Source of the DNA: Hormoscilla sp.
GTDB taxonomy: Bacteria; Cyanobacteriota; Cyanobacteriia; Cyanobacteriales; Desertifilaceae
Direction of reading: 5' to 3'
DNA: 17,563 nucleotides
NCBI GenBank assembly: GCA_051439505.1
Contig: JBFRWI010000069.1
Span: forward strand, 1-17,563
The notes under the pieces are model-generated. The model had not been told where the DNA came from. It ran no database searches and saw only the letters and a list, made by a program, of their open reading frames with translations. The position numbers and the translations under genes were made by a program. Each line of letters starts with the position of its first letter. Positions within the stretch are counted from its first letter, which is position 1. This document shows positions 14,562 to 17,563 of this stretch, piece after piece.

Positions 14562-15395
14562 TCAGCGGAGCCCGAACTCGATCTCATCTCGCCGAATGGT
14601 GATATCATAATTGCCGAAAAAGTTATGTCTGAGAAGTCCAATATCGAGCTGAGGGGCGATCGTTACTCTGACATCGCGGACAACAGCGCCGCCGACAGCG
14701 ATCTCCGAGACATTACCGATCGCGAACTCGACTTCCTTGTCGCTGGCCGTATTGGCTGTGATTACCCCGATAATCTCCACACCGAGCGCTCGGGCCATAT
14801 CTTCAGTGATGGCCACGCCACTGGCTCCGGTATCCACAATCATCTCAAAGGTATGGGAGCCGTTAAAACGCACATCTATTACTGGCGTACCGCCAAGGCG
14901 ACGCTTGATTCTGGCGGGAAAAACTCTAGGTGTTGTTTTACTAGCTGCTGGTGGGATTTCGATCGTCACTGGTGCCGACGCTGCTGGGCGGTGGCGTTGG
15001 GCCTGTTCCCGGGCCCGGGCAAGATGGCCCTGGTATTCTGGGATTTTAGTGAGAGCGCGATCCCGTTGGGGACTATCTGGTGGTATGGCTTGCAGGAGGG
15101 CGATCGCCTGCTGCCAGCGGCTAGCCACCAGTTGCCAATCTCCGGGAGATTGAGCAGATTGACCGATGCTAATAGCACTCTGGGCAATGTTATCGGCTCG
15201 CTGATAATAATCCGGTGAGGGGCGAGTGACGCGCGGTTCTACAGGGGACGGGACGGGTGCGGGGCTGCCATCCATTGCTGCTGTGGAACTGACATTGCTA
15301 CTGGCATCTGTGACGTGATTTTGGCTACAGGCAACAGATAAGATTGCGATCGCGCCCCAAATTAATGCCCCACGAGAGGTAAAATACTTTAACAT
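14562..15395 (-). CDS. Retropepsin-like (clan AA) aspartic protease family protein, probable lipoprotein
   Basis: Lipobox-like LSVAC, a helical segment (WQLVASRWQQAIALL), GGTPVIDVRFNG and the catalytic MIVDTGAS. The downstream GLLG motif reads GLLR. Confidence 0.85.
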   Translation of the reverse strand: MLKYFTSRGALIWGAIAILSVACSQNHVTDASSNVSSTAAMDGSPAPVPSPVEPRVTRPSPDYYQRADNIAQSAISIGQSAQSPGDWQLVASRWQQAIALLQAIPPDSPQRDRALTKIPEYQGHLARAREQAQRHRPAASAPVTIEIPPAASKTTPRVFPARIKRRLGGTPVIDVRFNGSHTFEMIVDTGASGVAITEDMARALGVEIIGVITANTASDKEVEFAIGNVSEIAVGGAVVRDVRVTIAPQLDIGLLRHNFFGNYDITIRRDEIEFGLR

Positions 15396-15492
15396 AACTG
15401 TATGTGAAACTGTAATGGCTACTAATCACCCATACTACTGTTACAATAACGCAATATTTTCATATAGTGCATGGACAACAGGAGCAGAATTT

Positions 15493-17563
15493 ATGATCGC
15501 CCTTCCCGGCTACCAGACGATCGCCCAAATCTATGAAAGTGCCAACTCCCACCTGTATCGAGCCATCCGCAGTCAGGATCGTCAACCCGTGATCCTCAAG
15601 GTTCTCAAGCAAGATTATCCCACGCCTGGACAACTTACCCGATATAAGCAGGAATACTCTCTGGTCCGCGGACTGAATATCCCTGGGGTGATCTCAGCCT
15701 ATGATTTGCAGCTAGTTAAGAATACTCTGGTAATGGTATTGGAAGATTTTGGGGGCGAGTCCTTACAGGAAATTGTCCGGAAACGCCAGTTTCCCCTGTC
15801 GGAATTTCTGGCGATCGCCATCCGCATTACCGAGATTCTCGGTGATATCCACGCCGCCCAGATCGTCCACAAAGACATTAATCCTGCTAATATCGTCTTC
15901 AATCCCACCACAGGAGAGCTGAAAATCATCGACTTTGGCATTGCCACTATCTTATCACGCTCAAACACGACGCTCAAAAATCCGGCTGTATTGGAAGGCA
16001 CATTAGCCTATATGTCCCCAGAACAGACTGGCAGAATGAATCGATCGCTGGATTACCGCACGGACTTTTACAGCCTCGGTGCCACCTTTTACCAACTGCT
16101 GACCAACCAACTGCCTTTTGCTGCTACCGATGCCATGGAGTTAGTGCATTGTCACATCGCCAGACAGCCATTGCCGCCCCATGCCCTTAATCTCGATATT
16201 CCGCCTTGCGTTTCAGACATTGTGATGAAATTGTTGGCGAAAACGGCGGAAGAACGATATCAAAGTGCCTGGGGCATTAAAGCGGATTTAGAATTATGTC
16301 TCGATCAACTTCAGACTCGGGGAAACATATCCGAATTTCCTCTGGGAACACAAGATATTTCTGATAAGTTTCAAATTCCGCAAAAACTCTATGGCCGGGA
16401 TCTAGAAGTGGAAACTTTACTACAGGCATTCGATCGCATCAGTCAGGGAAAAACGGAAATGATGCTAGTGGCGGGTTATTCGGGCATCGGTAAATCGGCT
16501 CTAGTGCATGAACTTTATAAACCCATTACCCGCAAACGCGGCTATTTGATCTCGGGTAAATTTGACCAGTTTCAGCGAAATCTTCCCTATTCTGCCGTAG
16601 TCAGCGCTTTTGGAGAATTAATGCGGCAACTGTTAGCGGAAAGTGAAACAGAACTTAACCACTGGTGTTCGCGAATCTTAGCAGCAGTCGGGCCCAATGG
16701 CCAGGTGATTATCGATGTCATTCCGGAAGTAGAATTGATAATCGGAACTCAGCCAGCGGTGCAAGAACTAGGACCTACTGAAACTAAAAACCGCTTTAAT
16801 CTCGTCTTTGGAAACTTTATCCGGGTATTTTGTCAACAGCACCATCCCTTCGTTATCTTTCTGGACGATTTGCAATGGGCCGATGACGCTACCCTCAAGT
16901 TGCTCGCCCTCATGATGACCGATACGGACACCAACTCTTTGCTTTTGATTGTCACCTATCGCGATAATGAAGTTAGCCCCACTCATCCATTGATGATGAC
17001 CCTTGAGGAGATCGCCAAGCAAGGGGCGATCGTTAACCAGATTAACTTAAGACCCTTAAACTTAGAAGAAATTACCCAATTGATTGCCGATACGTTGCCG
17101 GGCGATCGCGATCGGGTCATCCCTTTGGCAGAACTGGTAGTCAGGAAAACAGCAGGCAATCCTTTCTTTGTCAATGAATTTCTTCTTACCCTGCATCAAG
17201 AAAACCTGCTGACCTTTGACCTTCAGCAAAGAACCTGGCAATGGGATATTCAGAAAATTGAGGCGGTGGGCATCACGGACAATGTGGTAGAATTAATGAT
17301 CTCGAAATTGCAGAAACTGCCCGATCGGACCCAGCAGGTTTTACGCTGGGCAGCTTGTGTGGGCAACCAGTTTGACTTGGACCGCCTCGCGATCGTTCAA
17401 GAAAAATCTGCTGCCGAAACTTACGAGGCCCTGCTGCCAGCAATTCAGTTAGGATTGATTCAGCCCACATCGGAGTTAGAAACTACTGACATGATGGCGG
17501 TTGATGCACCGCTGTTAATTGTTAATTATAAATTCGGGCACGATCGGGTGCAACAAGCAGCTG
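15493..17563 (+). CDS. Ser/Thr protein kinase - AAA ATPase multidomain sensor (HstK/Pkn type, usually continuing with GAF and His-kinase domains); 3'-truncated by the window edge
   Basis: Not in the ORF track because it has no stop in the window. AGGAG precedes ATG 15493 and the frame is open to the end. Motifs: VILKVLK, HKDINPANI, KIIDFGIA, GTLAYMSPEQTGRMNR, Walker A GYSGIGKS, Walker B VIFLDDLQWAD, GNPFF and YKFGHDRVQQAA. Confidence 0.95.
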   Translation, partial: MIALPGYQTIAQIYESANSHLYRAIRSQDRQPVILKVLKQDYPTPGQLTRYKQEYSLVRGLNIPGVISAYDLQLVKNTLVMVLEDFGGESLQEIVRKRQFPLSEFLAIAIRITEILGDIHAAQIVHKDINPANIVFNPTTGELKIIDFGIATILSRSNTTLKNPAVLEGTLAYMSPEQTGRMNRSLDYRTDFYSLGATFYQLLTNQLPFAATDAMELVHCHIARQPLPPHALNLDIPPCVSDIVMKLLAKTAEERYQSAWGIKADLELCLDQLQTRGNISEFPLGTQDISDKFQIPQKLYGRDLEVETLLQAFDRISQGKTEMMLVAGYSGIGKSALVHELYKPITRKRGYLISGKFDQFQRNLPYSAVVSAFGELMRQLLAESETELNHWCSRILAAVGPNGQVIIDVIPEVELIIGTQPAVQELGPTETKNRFNLVFGNFIRVFCQQHHPFVIFLDDLQWADDATLKLLALMMTDTDTNSLLLIVTYRDNEVSPTHPLMMTLEEIAKQGAIVNQINLRPLNLEEITQLIADTLPGDRDRVIPLAELVVRKTAGNPFFVNEFLLTLHQENLLTFDLQQRTWQWDIQKIEAVGITDNVVELMISKLQKLPDRTQQVLRWAACVGNQFDLDRLAIVQEKSAAETYEALLPAIQLGLIQPTSELETTDMMAVDAPLLIVNYKFGHDRVQQAA

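Noticed and set aside
14625..15218. Long + strand ORFs antisense to the aspartic protease gene, and similar shadows over the GNAT, hybrid kinase and Ser/Thr kinase genes
   Set aside because: They lie opposite or inside well-supported genes and have no motifs of their own.

Overview
This is a cyanobacterial chromosomal window, judged from abundant HIP1 octamers (GCGATCGC), psb32 and a cyanobacterial-type 6S RNA. The repeat families suggest a filamentous, Oscillatoriales-like strain (inference). From left to right: (1) the 3' part of a 7-blade WD40 gene with a 12x18-bp repeat linker and a C-terminal membrane anchor; (2) a ~0.95-kb intergenic repeat cluster with heptamer repeats, a HIP1-delimited array containing a 212-bp duplication, and GTAG-type REP-like palindromes; (3) a 6S RNA on the - strand; (4) a small accessory patch with a 93-aa ORF, a frameshifted gene remnant and an 84-aa protein ending in an SSB-type DDDDIPF tail; (5) psb32, a DUF4346 gene, a frameshifted Rpn-family gene, a FemAB-like GNAT and a RibD-family reductase; (6) a signalling block with a Cache-HAMP-HisKA-HATPase-REC-SpoIIE hybrid whose phospho-His is replaced by Tyr, a Zn-ribbon/PAS/GAF/pseudo-REC protein, a retropepsin-like lipoprotein, and a Ser/Thr kinase-AAA ATPase gene that runs off the right edge and is missing from the ORF track. 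I cannot demonstrate a complete new system from sequence alone. The best leads are the HIP1-bounded modular array, the SSB-tail mimic protein, the Rpn pseudogene that keeps a possible internal antitoxin ORF, and the pseudokinase-phosphatase. Family assignments come from motif recognition, not database searches.
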